A stretch of 64,000 nt of DNA, taken from contig MU058337.1 of assembly GCA_013265495.1 (NCBI GenBank), forward strand, positions 5,188,716 to 5,252,715, given 5' to 3'. A program made the translations under genes and the position numbers. Shown here in pieces: positions 1 through 12,249 of this stretch. Position 1 is the first letter of the stretch. Every line of letters starts with the position of its first letter. The stretch comes from Vicugna vicugna. Lineage: Eukaryota. The notes beneath the pieces were generated by a model. The model made no database searches, was not told the DNA's origin, and was given only the letters and a program-made list of their open reading frames with translations.

Positions 1-479
1 TCTTTGAGCTCATTGCCTGGAAGCAATATATCCATTATAAAGAATTCTTTCTTTATAATTTTATAACATGAAAAATTATTCATAATTTTTATCAATTTCA
101 TAGTAAGATGATTCAGGTATTGATTTATTATTTGAGTTTTGTTTATTACTCATGTTCTAGATTTCTTTTTTGTATTATTTTTTCCACAGGTGTCATGCTA
201 ACTTCTTAATTATTATTCATTACTGAATGAGAGGGAGTTTTCCTAGAATAATTATTTTTGAAAGGATAACGTGGAAAGGAATCAGAGTGAACTTCTCTAT
301 GAATATTACTTTGCACAAACATGCAAATATTTTATTGTCAATCTCTAAAGGTAAATTTGATGAATTAAATGGTATATGAATATGCAAGTTTAACAGATCT
401 GGCCATAATGATTTCTAAAATGGCTGTAAATGACTTTTGTTTCGGCCAACAATTGTTAAGTCACTGCTTCTTCTTAACT

Positions 480-740
480 TGCATTATTTATGCTTCCTCT
501 TCTGCTTGAAATGCTCCCCAACCCTCAATTGGAAGAAAAACCTTTTCCAGGCTCCCATTACACTATGTACATATCTATTACTTCACTAACCCATAATTAT
601 CTCTTTACATGGCTCTTTGCCCCACTAAACTGTTATCTTCTTTAGGACCATGACTGTGTCATCTTAATTTTATATCCTTGGTTCCTATCCGATTTTCTGG
701 CACATAGTATTTACCAAAAAAAAGGATTGATAAATATATA
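480..740 (+). mobile_element. LINE-2 3' end
   Basis: cccactaaactgttatcttctttaggaccatgactgtgtcatcttaatttttatatcc...ctggcacatagta. Confidence 0.6.
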
Positions 741-2364
741 AATGATAAAGGCAGCATAAAATTACTGTCCAGGGACACATCACTGGGAAATAGTAAAAGT
801 AGAATATAAATCCAGTTTTTTATTCCTACAAATCATATCTTTTCACTATAACTTTCCTCAGTTATATGAATATAAATTAAGGGACTCAAGTCTAGGTCAA
901 AAACCTGTTTTACATCCTTGAAATTATAATTATCATTCAAATGAGTTGCAAATGACTCAGTCATTTTAATGCTGGCAAAATTATGGTGTATGGTTTGCAT
1001 AGACATTAATAATAAGCTTTAATTCATATGAGATTTTAAAGCTTGGTTCAAATATAGTTTCTATCTAGGTAACTAAAGTTTGACACAGGATTAATAAACC
1101 CTCATAAAAGTACTGCATAATTCTTTTTTTGATTAAGCTGCAACTAAACTATAGATAATTATGACTAAAACTCAATTGCTTACAATGCAAACAATCTTAC
1201 AGAACACCTCTTTCCAAATGAAGATATAGACAATATTTACAGTCCATTCTAAGGTAAACTGACTGGGAATTGATTGTAGCAATTTAATAGTTTGTGATCC
1301 ATATGACAACTTTAATCATCTAGGAAAGGAGAGGAACATTTCTGCTTTACGTGAAAAAAAAGTGTATGTTTTTAAATTAATAGTTTTGTTTAGTTAGGAT
1401 TACTGAATCAACCCAGAATCTAGGAAATTCAGTGAGATTATTATAAGGCTGTATGTTGAATGAAATAAATTGCCCAGTTGTTCAAATTTATCCTTTCATT
1501 TCAACTTAGCTTTTGCCAAAGCCACATCATGGGCCACAGCATCGTCAAATTGCTACATATTGTCAGACCTAACAGTTGAGCTCAAAGCCTTTCTCTGAAA
1601 TGTTACATAGCTCTAAAGACTAAGTTGTACATGAAATTATCTTAATCTAATGTATTTCTATCGCTTAAGATATGTATTCTATTTTTAATTCTGCCTAAAT
1701 TACTCGGCCAAAATTTGTTTTAGTTCTTGGTGTTCTTCTTGGAAAAAAAGAGATAGAAGAGCATGGAGAGTCAGTCTGACTGCCAAGAGGTGCTTTCTGG
1801 CAGTCAGCGCTGATATAACTTTTCCACAGTCAGGGCTGTACCAGTCAATTTGATTAAAATATTATGAATTTCACATATCTCCGGGGACTGATCATGGAAT
1901 GAGACAGGACGTATCACTTGAACACTGTCACCTCTGTATGCCTACCATTCTACTGAAATGTGTGATCACAATCAGGGAGAGAAACATTGGATGCCAGAAT
2001 GGGTTTAGGAAAGAATTTATTGAAAAAATGTAGATAATGCTCATCATAGAAAAATGTACCTATGATATATATATCTCCATATCTTCAATATGGAGATCAG
2101 CCAAGAAAAGCTATGTATTAAAAGTTTATTAAAGGCCATTGATTTCTTGAATATGCACAAATATCATTGTTCCAGGTATTTTCCAGGGAACAATTATTAA
2201 TATGTGATTAACATAAGCTAATTTGACCAAGAGTCATCCTCTGTGATTAAGGCGATATTTGCTAGTGAGATGACCACTGGAAAAGAATAGACGGCTTGCG
2301 TCGATTTACTCAACAGCTTCCATAAGATAAGGTAAAAATGAGGGTAAGAAAGGAGGAAATTAAC

Positions 2365-2555
2365 TTTCACTGAGTACTTACTATATGTCAGGCCCCATGC
2401 TAGGTACTCCGTGTTCATTAGGTTAGTTACCAAAACCTTATGAGCTTAGAATGAGAAAGCCAAGACACACAGGCTCAGAGAGACCAACTGGCTTGTCTCA
2501 AATCATAAAATCTGATTCAAACCCAATATCCCTGACCTTGTATTTTCTACCACAC
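2365..2555 (-). mobile_element. MIR SINE (degenerate)
   Basis: tgagtacttactatatgtcaggcc...aggctcagagagaccaactggcttgtc...gattcaaaccca. Confidence 0.6.
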
Positions 2556-5500
2556 TTAGCTCCAACAGTTACTCTTTCCAACGTAACTTTCAGGAATGCA
2601 CATGCCTTTGTGGTTATTTTAGAATAATGCTTGTTAAGAGATTGTGTTATATGATCTTATCTACATTGATTATGCTAGAGAAACTGGATCTTGTTTTATG
2701 TATTTTGTCTTCTGAAAACTAAATGCTTTTAGATGTTAAAAAAAATGCAATGTTATTTTAGTAGTAAGCCTGATTTGGGGGATAGGAAGGCAGTTAATAC
2801 AGTTCTCAGAGGAAATAACTATAGCCTTGTCTCATAATTACTTGCCAGGAAAGGTCCTCTGAAATATAGGGCCACCAACCATCCCAAGGTACCCATATTT
2901 AAGAACAACAGAATAAACTGAGGACCAAATGCAAAATTTATGACTAAAAGCTAAATAACAGAAGTAACCATGAGAAGTATGCTTTAGAAACTTCTTCACA
3001 ACAAAAATTAAGCCTATTGACAATGTTTGATGTACAGGTCCTCAGGGTCACATGAAAAATATTCAGCTAGAACTTTTAGTAGAATGATTATGAAGAAAGA
3101 CTTTGAATTGGGAAATCTTGCGAGGAAAGTATTCTTGTAACTCCCTCCACCAAAGTTCTGGGGAATGAAATTGTCTTCAAGGAGCTAAAGGGCAGCCTGG
3201 GACATGTTGTGCTGTCGTTGTTTGTGAAAATAATGACAATCAGTGTCAACTTGTTCTCACTTCCGGACCAATCTTAGAGGAACCCTCAGCTTACCCTTAA
3301 GGAATGAGTCTGGAACTGAAGCTTAGATCAAGTTGGCACAGAAACACACTGAGGCAGCCTACATTTCCAGGAAGTCAAAGGAAGTTTAGAAAAATGTCTC
3401 CAGTCATGATTTTCATAGGGTTTCAAAGATACTTTGAAACATGCTAAAGGTTCTAACTCGGCTAGTTTGATCAGGATGTCTTTTGAAATTTGACCAATAA
3501 AACTTTCAGTGATAAAATTCATAGAATTAAACTAGCAGTCAACCTCCAGATATATTCTTGGAATTCTAGAAGTTTGCTCTGTGATTATGGTATTCAGCAT
3601 TGGCTTAAACTCAGCTGAATATTGATATTAACACCTAGCCATTAGGAATATGGTGCCTCAATTATGTATTGTTAATATTACTTAAACAGAGGGTTTTTTA
3701 AATTTTTCTATTCCAAATAATCATAGGTTAGTTTAATTATATGCCTTTAGATAACCGTGCAATAAAAACTGGACCTAATGTTAGGAGTTAGGACCTGACA
3801 CTTCTAGGCTTCCACTGATAACTATAATCATCTTTATGATAGTGAAAGGCTATTATTTAGATTCATTATGTTGATCAATCTTTTTACTTTATTACAATAG
3901 TGTTATGGAAAACAGAGAATTTTGCAAGGTAACAGTTTAAAATTGTTTTGCATTTGTACATTCTCACTTTATAATTTCATGTTCAGAGAAGAATTTCATA
4001 TGTTCAACCACTTTCCTTTCCTCTGTCTAATCTTAAGCGTCAGAAAGTGAAGAGAACTTTACCAGGAGATACACTATTAAGAAAATTTGCAATAGGGATG
4101 TTGTTTATAATGTATGGAGCTTACATTTTGATAGGAAGATAGATTCATATGCAATTAGCATCTAAATATACTGATACTGAATTCTAAAAATATACATTAA
4201 CATATATTTGGAATCTGCTAAAATATATTTAAGCATCCATTAAGCAGAACAATTGTGAACTTGATTTTTAATTTGTGATGAATAAACACACCACTTGTCA
4301 GATAATGTACTGAATATTTATCCTCTGTATGTTCTTAAAATAGAAATTTGCTTCTTAGATAAGTAGAGAATTACTGCAAATGATTTCTTATGCTTACTTT
4401 TTTGTTTTTTTAATGCACTTAATGGTACCCATATCATTTAAAAAAATTAACATCTCTTCAAATAAACAGCTTACTTCTAGGGAATAATTTCGGGAGATTA
4501 GTTCTTTAAATAGAGGTGTACACTTTATTTTAAGATGTACACGCTTGTCTTGAATCTTTGAGAGCAAATTAAAAAGTATGGAACCTTCAAGAAAAGTCCA
4601 AATCCCTATGAAAGCAGACAAATTACTTAACAGATAAGGTAGATTCTAAACAAAACTATGAAGCAAGTGGGCGTGGCATCTTTTCCAGTACCTGACATCC
4701 TTCTAATTTTTGTGAAAACCTGCCCAGTTTGACTTCACGTGATATTGTAAACGGCTAATTTTTATCCCTTCAGAACATTGCTTTACAACAGCACAATAGC
4801 TAACCCAAAAGAAATAGGAGGATCTGAATAAACACTTAGCAACTGAATGAGTAAAGGAATATTAATGATTACAAAAATTTAATGATTATAAATGATTAAA
4901 CTGAAACTTGAAGCTCCACGAAGGAATTCAGTCCTGTGGTGGTGAAGTAGCCCACTGCAGTCTTACCTTGTACCAACTCTTTGTGTTTCTTGTTTAGTGA
5001 CTTTTAGTCACATTTTAATCACATGAAGTAATACTGAAGATCTGTGATTTGAACCAACTAGTAAAAGATTTTTAAAAATCAACAATTAAAGCTAAATTTA
5101 TAGTTTAAATAGTGCAGTTGAATTTAATGAACTCAGCCATCATTTAAAGTTTATCCCATGTACTGCCAAAGGTTTTGACAATCAACAGCGTTTTCCTGTA
5201 ATATATCCTTCTAGAGTGAGTGGGAACACCTCGAGCAGTTCCAATACTGACCGAAAAAAAAAAAAAAAGGCCCCAGGTACTTTCACACATGTGAAAATTT
5301 AACTTTAACTTTTCTTAGTCATTTTCTGACATTAGCATTATCAGTCATTCTACTTAACACAATACCATATTCTATTTTTGAACAGAAAAGTCTATATATC
5401 AATGTATTTCAGGTCAATGGAGAAAATACTTTCTAACAGACAAAACTGTTTAAAATGCATTGCGCACCCTTGTGACGAAAGGGTTCCTCCTCACCAGAAG

Positions 5501-5580
5501 TCTTCAAAAATTTTTAGACAACCTCCTTAAACAGAAACTGCACAAAACTCTAGTTATAAATAGCAAGTTCACTCATTCAT

Positions 5581-5736
5581 TTTTTAAATGTTTTATTTAT
5601 TTATTATTTAATTATTTTATTTTTGGCAGGTTTAAGTAATTATGTTTAATTTATTTTTGGAGGAGGTGCTGGGGATTGAACCCAGGACTTCATGCATGCT
5701 AAGCATGCACTCTGCCACTTGAGCTATACCCTCCCC
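5581..5736 (-). mobile_element. tRNA-derived SINE (camelid Vic-1-like)
   Basis: Minus strand reads GGGGAGGGTATAGCTCAAGTGGCAGAGTGCATGCTTAGCATGCATGAAGTCCTGGGTTCAATCCCCAGCACCTCC, with Pol III A box (TAGCTCAAGTGG), B box (GGTTCAATCCC) and an A-rich tail. Degenerate TSD gttcactcattc/gttcattcactc. Confidence 0.88.
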
Positions 5737-8399
5737 TTGTTCATTCACTCTTTAACTCAACAAACATTCACGCGCATGGCAGCTCTGGGCCAAGGGCTGT
5801 GTCAGGTACTCTGAAAGGAGTGGTGAGGCCGCACATCTGGGATTCCTGACCCCACACATCTGATACTCTAGTACAGGAGTCCGCTGGTAACCAAGTAATT
5901 ACACAAACACATGCACAATTACACCAGTGATGACGGCTGTCTAAATAGATCAGTTATCCTAATGACCATCCACATCCTCCTCAGACAGGAGATGGAGTCA
6001 CTGGCTTTTGACATTCCCTATTTTAGATATCATGCTCTAGTGTCATATTTTAAATTTTTTAAGAATAATAGCAAAAGGAATGAATAAGGAAGGACTGACT
6101 TACCTCTCTCTCACCAGTAAAAGAACTGAACCACTGCCTCTCTAAAGTAAGTCGCCATGAGGCAACGTGAGCAAATTATAGTCTCTGAAGCGTATCATCA
6201 ACAGTATTAGTTGTTTTTTTCTTTTAAAGATTGGTTATGCTTTTAATTGGGAGAATTTCCAACGAGGGAGCAGCAGTTCCCTGCTATGTCACTTGCAGCC
6301 CAGAGGGGAGGTGGTGAAAAAAAAAGAAAATAGTTTTTTCCCCCTTAATCTCCTTAGGAAGACAAAGACTAATCACACTTAACCACGGTAAAAAATGGTT
6401 TTGTCACCTTCTCTTTCTCACCCACGTTAGACAACTCAGTTGGCCATGATCCACAATTCTCAGCCATCACGTTTCACCTCCACAACAGACTCGGTCTGAG
6501 GAGCAAGGAGTAAAGCTTTCAGGAGAGTCATCGTGGGCCGCGCTGCCATCGCTCGTGGCAGCATGGAATGGCGGTCCCTCCCACAAGCTGGCCCTAAAGC
6601 CCTGGCTCTGGAACAAGGAGCCACACGTGAGCACGTGGCTTGATTTTCTCTTTACAGCCGCAGACACTCCAAAAACTGCCTGATGTACTTCCACATTTTA
6701 AGTTCAAAGTGTTGTCAAGAGTCTAAAAATAAGTGACCCTGGACGTGAGCAACACACACTCCTCCTCTGGTGAATAAGCAAAGTGTTCAGTTTTTGACAT
6801 TTCGGAAGTCACCTACATTAATCACAAGGCTATGATTTTCTCACATGAAAAACAAGCAGGCTTACATCAACATTAGTCCAGAGCAGAAGGCTCACTGTCA
6901 ATAAAGGTACACAGTATATTTGTCGAAATATGCTATCTAGGTAGTAAAATCTCATTATTTTGACATTCAGTTAGCAAAAACACTTTGCACTTTCAATATA
7001 GTGGGTGGTAAGCTCCACACTCCAGGACGTGCTCTAAGCCAGCTCCGCTGGCCAGAAACACAGGGCTGGGCTCTCGCCAGGAGGACTGGGAGGGTTTGCC
7101 AAGGAGAGGGAGCCACGAGAAGGCAAGGCTACTGTGTTTGCCACCCAGCCCTGGCTGTCTCTTCCCTTGAAGCAGTAATAGCGGGTCATTCACACATTCC
7201 TAGAACACGTCCAGCAATAACATCTATTTCTCCAGAGACTTTGAATCTAGGACCAAATATTTATTTCAGCTAGGAAGGGCAATCACTTTTGTTTGACGGA
7301 ACAGATATGTTCTAGGAAAGGTAGCTGAACAGTGAATTTTCCCACAGCAGCAGTATTCCTAGTTCGTTTACATTTTGAATTTACACAAAAGGAAAAAAAA
7401 ATCCCTGCATGATTGGAGGTGAGCTCTTGGATGACAAATGAATGTGTACTGAGGTGTCTGTCCATCAGTACTATTTTGCCTGCAACTGGATAACCAATCA
7501 CTCTCTTTTCCTTTGAAGACATTGCTTCATTTTCCTAACTCTAAGACTTTATGCAATTGCTACTCTTTGCTCTTGTTCTTTGCCACTTTTCTGCCTAGAT
7601 CAAAAAAAAAAAAAAGTGTCTTCCTGTGTCTGGGTTTAAAGCTCTTCAAATTTGACTTTTCGTTATCTTCATTAAATATAAATATCATGAGTGCAAGGAA
7701 CCCAGACTTGTTCTGGCGTCTAGAACCCTGTACATGGGACACCGAAGACACTAGGACATAGTAGATGATCAATAAAAATTTGCTGACAGGGTGAACCTCC
7801 CTCAGCCTCTCACTTACGAGTCTCATCACACTTTTCCTAGAGTACTCGAAAAGCTGGGTGACTGATCTCTCGGCTCCTAATCTTTCTGCCTCCCACGAAG
7901 GGATGGTCCATGTTATTCTCCCTAAATCATGGTTATGGGAAAGCTTTATCTCTTCTCACTTTTGGGAGCCCTTTACTGGCATCTCACAGCTGAACGCAGG
8001 TTCCTCCATGATACGCCACAGATGAGTCAGAGAGGTTATAACTTCTAGCGTTCGGACGACGGAGATAAATTGGATGGAACAGTCGGGGTGTCATCTTTTA
8101 AAATTTTTTCATGTGTAGTTTTCTGGTTGAAAAATAACTAGCCCAGAGGGACAGACAGAGTCAGTGTAATATTTTGATTATGATTTTACTTGAGCTCATA
8201 GTGGCTGGATAATGTGTCAGGAGAAGGGACAGGGAAGCTCTCCTGCAGTCCCAGCGGAGCAAAGCCCTCCCAGATGCTGCCGTGGGTGATGGAGCAACCA
8301 GTCGTCCTGAGCCCAGGTCTTCTGGTTTGGGTCCCTGAGACTCAATCATATGGTCTGCCCCACCCACCACCCCTCTGCCCTCACTCCTGCTCTTCCCTC

Positions 8400-8745
8400 C
8401 TCACTCCATCCATCCCAGCTCCAGCTGCAATGGTTCCCCCTCCTTGAATACAAAGGAAGGTCCTTTGTATTTGCAGGTCCTTCCTGGCCACCCTATTTAA
8501 AACCACAGTTCTCCTCCGCACAGCAATCCCTATTCCCCTTTCCCAGCTAGTTATTCTGTAGTATTTATATACCATCTAACTTACTATAGTGTTGGCTTCT
8601 TTTCTAGCTTATGGTCTGTTTCCCATATTACAATGAAAGCTGTCTGTGAGCAGAGATTTTATCAGTTTTTCTTTGCTGCTGTGTCTCCCACTTCTAGAAC
8701 AGTACCTGGAAATAAATAAGTGGAAGAATAAAGTAACTAATGAAT
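8400..8745 (+). mobile_element. LINE-2 3' end
   Basis: gtgagcagagattttatcagtttttctttgctgctgtgtctcccacttctagaacagtacctgg...taatgaat, typical of an L2 terminus. Confidence 0.65.
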
Positions 8746-10311
8746 CTGGGACAACTTTCCAACATTACCCCAAACTCTATGTCACCCAACACTGCTCCCA
8801 CATTAGCAAAATTCTGTGTGAGTCTACCCAAAGTCATTCCAGTATCTTTTGTCATCCCTTCATTTGGTAAGCCTCTCTTATTTATTTCTGCCAAAATGCT
8901 ATCTCTCAAGTGGCATTTTTATTTAAGACAGGAGTCAGATATAGGAGGATTATATCAAGCAGCCAGACAGCAGTGAGTTCAGCACTTCATCATCCTGTGT
9001 GTTCCTCATTTCTACCTCCTTCTCAAGCCCTAGGCACCAAGTGCTTGATTAGAAGCACATCTGGCCTCTAACATCCCGCATTCCCTCCCCTCGCTCCATG
9101 GCTTTGTGAGGGACCCAGTGATTCTCCCAGTGATTCTCTGGTTTCACTCTTCTTGCTTTGGAATCTCAGTAAATCCCTTGCATTCTCAGCTTAAACTTGC
9201 TCTCCTTTCCTGCCATTTGTTAAATCCTTTTAGTAACAGTGAGTCAGCCTCGTGGTGTCCCTCACATCCTGCTAGCATCCCCCTGGAGTCAGCAGGACAC
9301 CCTGAACAGAACAATGATTATCCTTTAAGCACACGATGACATGCCATCTCCTCCATGGAGCTCTGACAGTGGTGGAAAGTGGAAGCTAATTCATGACTTG
9401 GCATGTTTCCTGGACAAAAGGTTACTTTGTTAATGTTTATCCCCTAAGAACAATGGATTCCCCTTACTGCTTGTCACTACTGCACTTCAAGAGCTTGGGC
9501 TGACACCTTCTCACTGCCCAACTGCACAATTAAACAAAATAAATGCCGCCCTCTACAAAGCATGGCTAATAATCTGCTGAAAAAAGTGAAGACATTACTG
9601 AAAAATAATTTCATCTGGGATTTTTATCATACCAAGTCGCTGATTCCAATATGTTACTGTCTTCTCTCATATCAGAAGGTTTTAATACAGTTCCGCCCAC
9701 AAATATTTATATTATTCATTGGGTCTTAGAGTCTTTCGTATTACTTTTTAGGAGGCAATATGACAGTGCAGAGAGAAAAGCAGATGAAAACAGAAGATGG
9801 GAATTTGAGTGCAAGTTCTATGTGATCTGTAGCAAATCTCTGTCTTTTACTAGGTTCTGATGTTACCACTAATAAAATAAGCCTAATATTTCAACCCTTA
9901 CCTCAAAAAGCACATGCACATTCTCATGGATGATAACCTGCTCTGTACTCTTCAATGACTGTATACAAACAGCATCATTACCATGTGAGATGTTACTATA
10001 TTAAAGAGGAAATACATGACTTAGCACATAAGACACACTTTCATCCAGTTTGCTAAATGGACACACCGTCAGCATCAGTATGACCATCATCACAAGCAAA
10101 TCATCACCCACAGATGATTTATAGCAGGAGCTCTGCTGGGTACCTCACCTCTATCATCACGTTCAAAGCTAACCATCTAAGTTGGGGCTACTACTTTACT
10201 CTTTGCACTTAGAAAGGAAAAACTCAGTTATTTACTCAAATTATTATTATTAGGAATTAAATTTTTGTCTGCCTGACTTCAAAGCTTGTATTTATTTGCT
10301 TTATTCAACAA

Positions 10312-10383
10312 GGAGAGAGAGAGAGAGAAAGAGAAAGAAAAGAAGGTAAGAAGGGAGGGAGGAAGGAAGGAAGGAAGGAAGAG
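10312..10383. repeat. Purine-rich (GA)n/(GGAA)n simple repeat
   Basis: ggagagagagagagagaaagagaaagaaaagaagg...ggaaggaaggaaggaaggaa. Confidence 0.9.
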
Positions 10384-12073
10384 GCTACCATATTGGACAG
10401 TAAAAAAGAGAACATCTTCATCAAGCATGTGGTTCTATCAGGCAGCTCCGGGTGAGACTCGGGTCCCCCTAGCACAGTACCAGACACAGGTACTTTCTGT
10501 GGAGGCCTCAGGAGCATCCATCGTATAACCTTCAAAAGGTTTATTCCCAAAATATTTCTAAGCTTCTCTTAATATTTCATTATGAATTTGAACATATTTA
10601 TTTTTAGTGCATGCCAATAATTTTATTTTCTAAGTTTAGTACTTGCTAGGAAAAGCTTATTTTAGTGTCTGTGTATGTGTGTGTTTAAAATAATCCGTTT
10701 CAAACATCAAGAACCACCTTCAATCTATATGTCTACAATGGTTAAGAGTGTGAAGCAAGTCCTAACCATGAGTAGTGAGCGAACTTGGACAAGGGATTTG
10801 AGCAGTTTCCTCAGCTGTAAAATACAGATTTTTAAATTAAAGAGGTCTGTTCATAAGGTCTGAACGCAGTGTCCAACATAGAATGAGCACACGAGTAATG
10901 GACACTGTTGTTACAATAATGGTAACATAAGCGCTCTGAGTATTTGACTTGGACTTTGTAAGGGGAACTCGTACCTTCTGAAGGCCAAGGTTATGCAGGA
11001 CTGAAGATTCCCTAAGTTAGACAAGCTGAGAAGATGTACTCAGCGATGGTACTAATTGATCAACTGTTCTTCTCTTCCTGGATCAGTTTCAAATCTTCAC
11101 TAAAATGAAGTAATTAATCCAAGTCAGTAATTAAGGAGAGGTTCTGAATGACAAGAGAGGTGGCACTAACAGGATTAAGACATGTCTGCCCTGTTCCACT
11201 GGAGGCGGCCCCAGTTGTGACCATTTTAAAGGTGATTCATACTGTTTAGACAGATGACAAAAGTCCCTGAGGAAGACAGAGACAAATTAGATTTATCCAG
11301 CAAAACAATTTGGAGTTGAATATTTCTATTAATATATTCTTTAATTAGAATTTTTAATCAAATAATCCCATGCTAAAAAATGGTTTCAAGACAAGAGGCA
11401 TAATTGTTTAGTTCCTTATAAACTACAAAGAAGAGGAGACTCTGGTTTTGCTGAACAGAAGCTCCCATTTGATTTTGGTTCCTTTCTTAACATTTTCATT
11501 CAGCATCACACTCTGAGAAGCAGGGGACCCGTGGCCGTTTTCCCAAGTATGGGGAAGATGAGGGGTGAGGGACGTTAACAGCGGTTCAAGGCAGACTCAG
11601 CCAGCTCACTTAATGCCTCACATCATGACCGGCCCTGGGAGAAGGAAAGGACCCTTTAGAGGGGGAAAGAACAGATGGAAGGGCAGAGTTGTGGGGACTC
11701 AGTGGACTAGAGACCCATCACAGGACAGACGCGCTGGGTTCCTTCAGCAAGGCCAGCGCGGATGGTTAAGTAGCAACCTAGACCAGAGCTCTCTCCGGCC
11801 CCAGCCCCAAACACCTGAGTACCACGGAAGCACTTTGGAATTCATTTGCCATCCCAGCAGAAAAAAGAATCATAAACTGGCCAAGATCAACTCTCTACTG
11901 CACTGGCTGAATTACAGAATTCTGAGTGTACACCTCATAATCAAAATTAAACTAGGTTATAAGAAAATACCTTGTATTTCTGGACCATCTGGACCTGTAG
12001 ATGAAGATCTCCACTCACTACATATGTCAGGAGGTATAATTATGGTATCATTTGGGGATGTGTGCTTATAAGA

Positions 12074-12249
12074 CAGGGATTCTCTAACTTGGCTCCATAT
12101 TATAGTCACCTGGGAGCTTAAAAAAAATAGATGCCTGGTTTCAAGGGCAGATTTTCTGATTAGCTAGCTGGTCTGTGATGCAGTCTGAATATTAGGAATT
12201 AAAAGCACTCCCAGGTGGCTGTCATGTAGAGCCAAGATTGAGAGCCAGT
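12074..12249. mobile_element. hAT-Charlie MER5-like element
   Basis: cagggattctctaacttggct...tcacctgggagcttaaaaaaaatagatgcctgg...ctcccaggtg...gccaagattgagagccagt. Confidence 0.65.

Noticed and set aside
5655..5736. tRNA-like sequence as a real tRNA gene
   Set aside because: Has a SINE body, A-rich tail and TSD, and imperfect stem pairing; it is a SINE head.
9114..9137. CCCAGTGATTCT twice in tandem
   Set aside because: Ordinary 12-bp slippage duplication in probable old repeat sequence.
11565..12071. 168-aa plus-strand ORF
   Set aside because: GTG start, no recognisable domain, no exon signature; likely chance.
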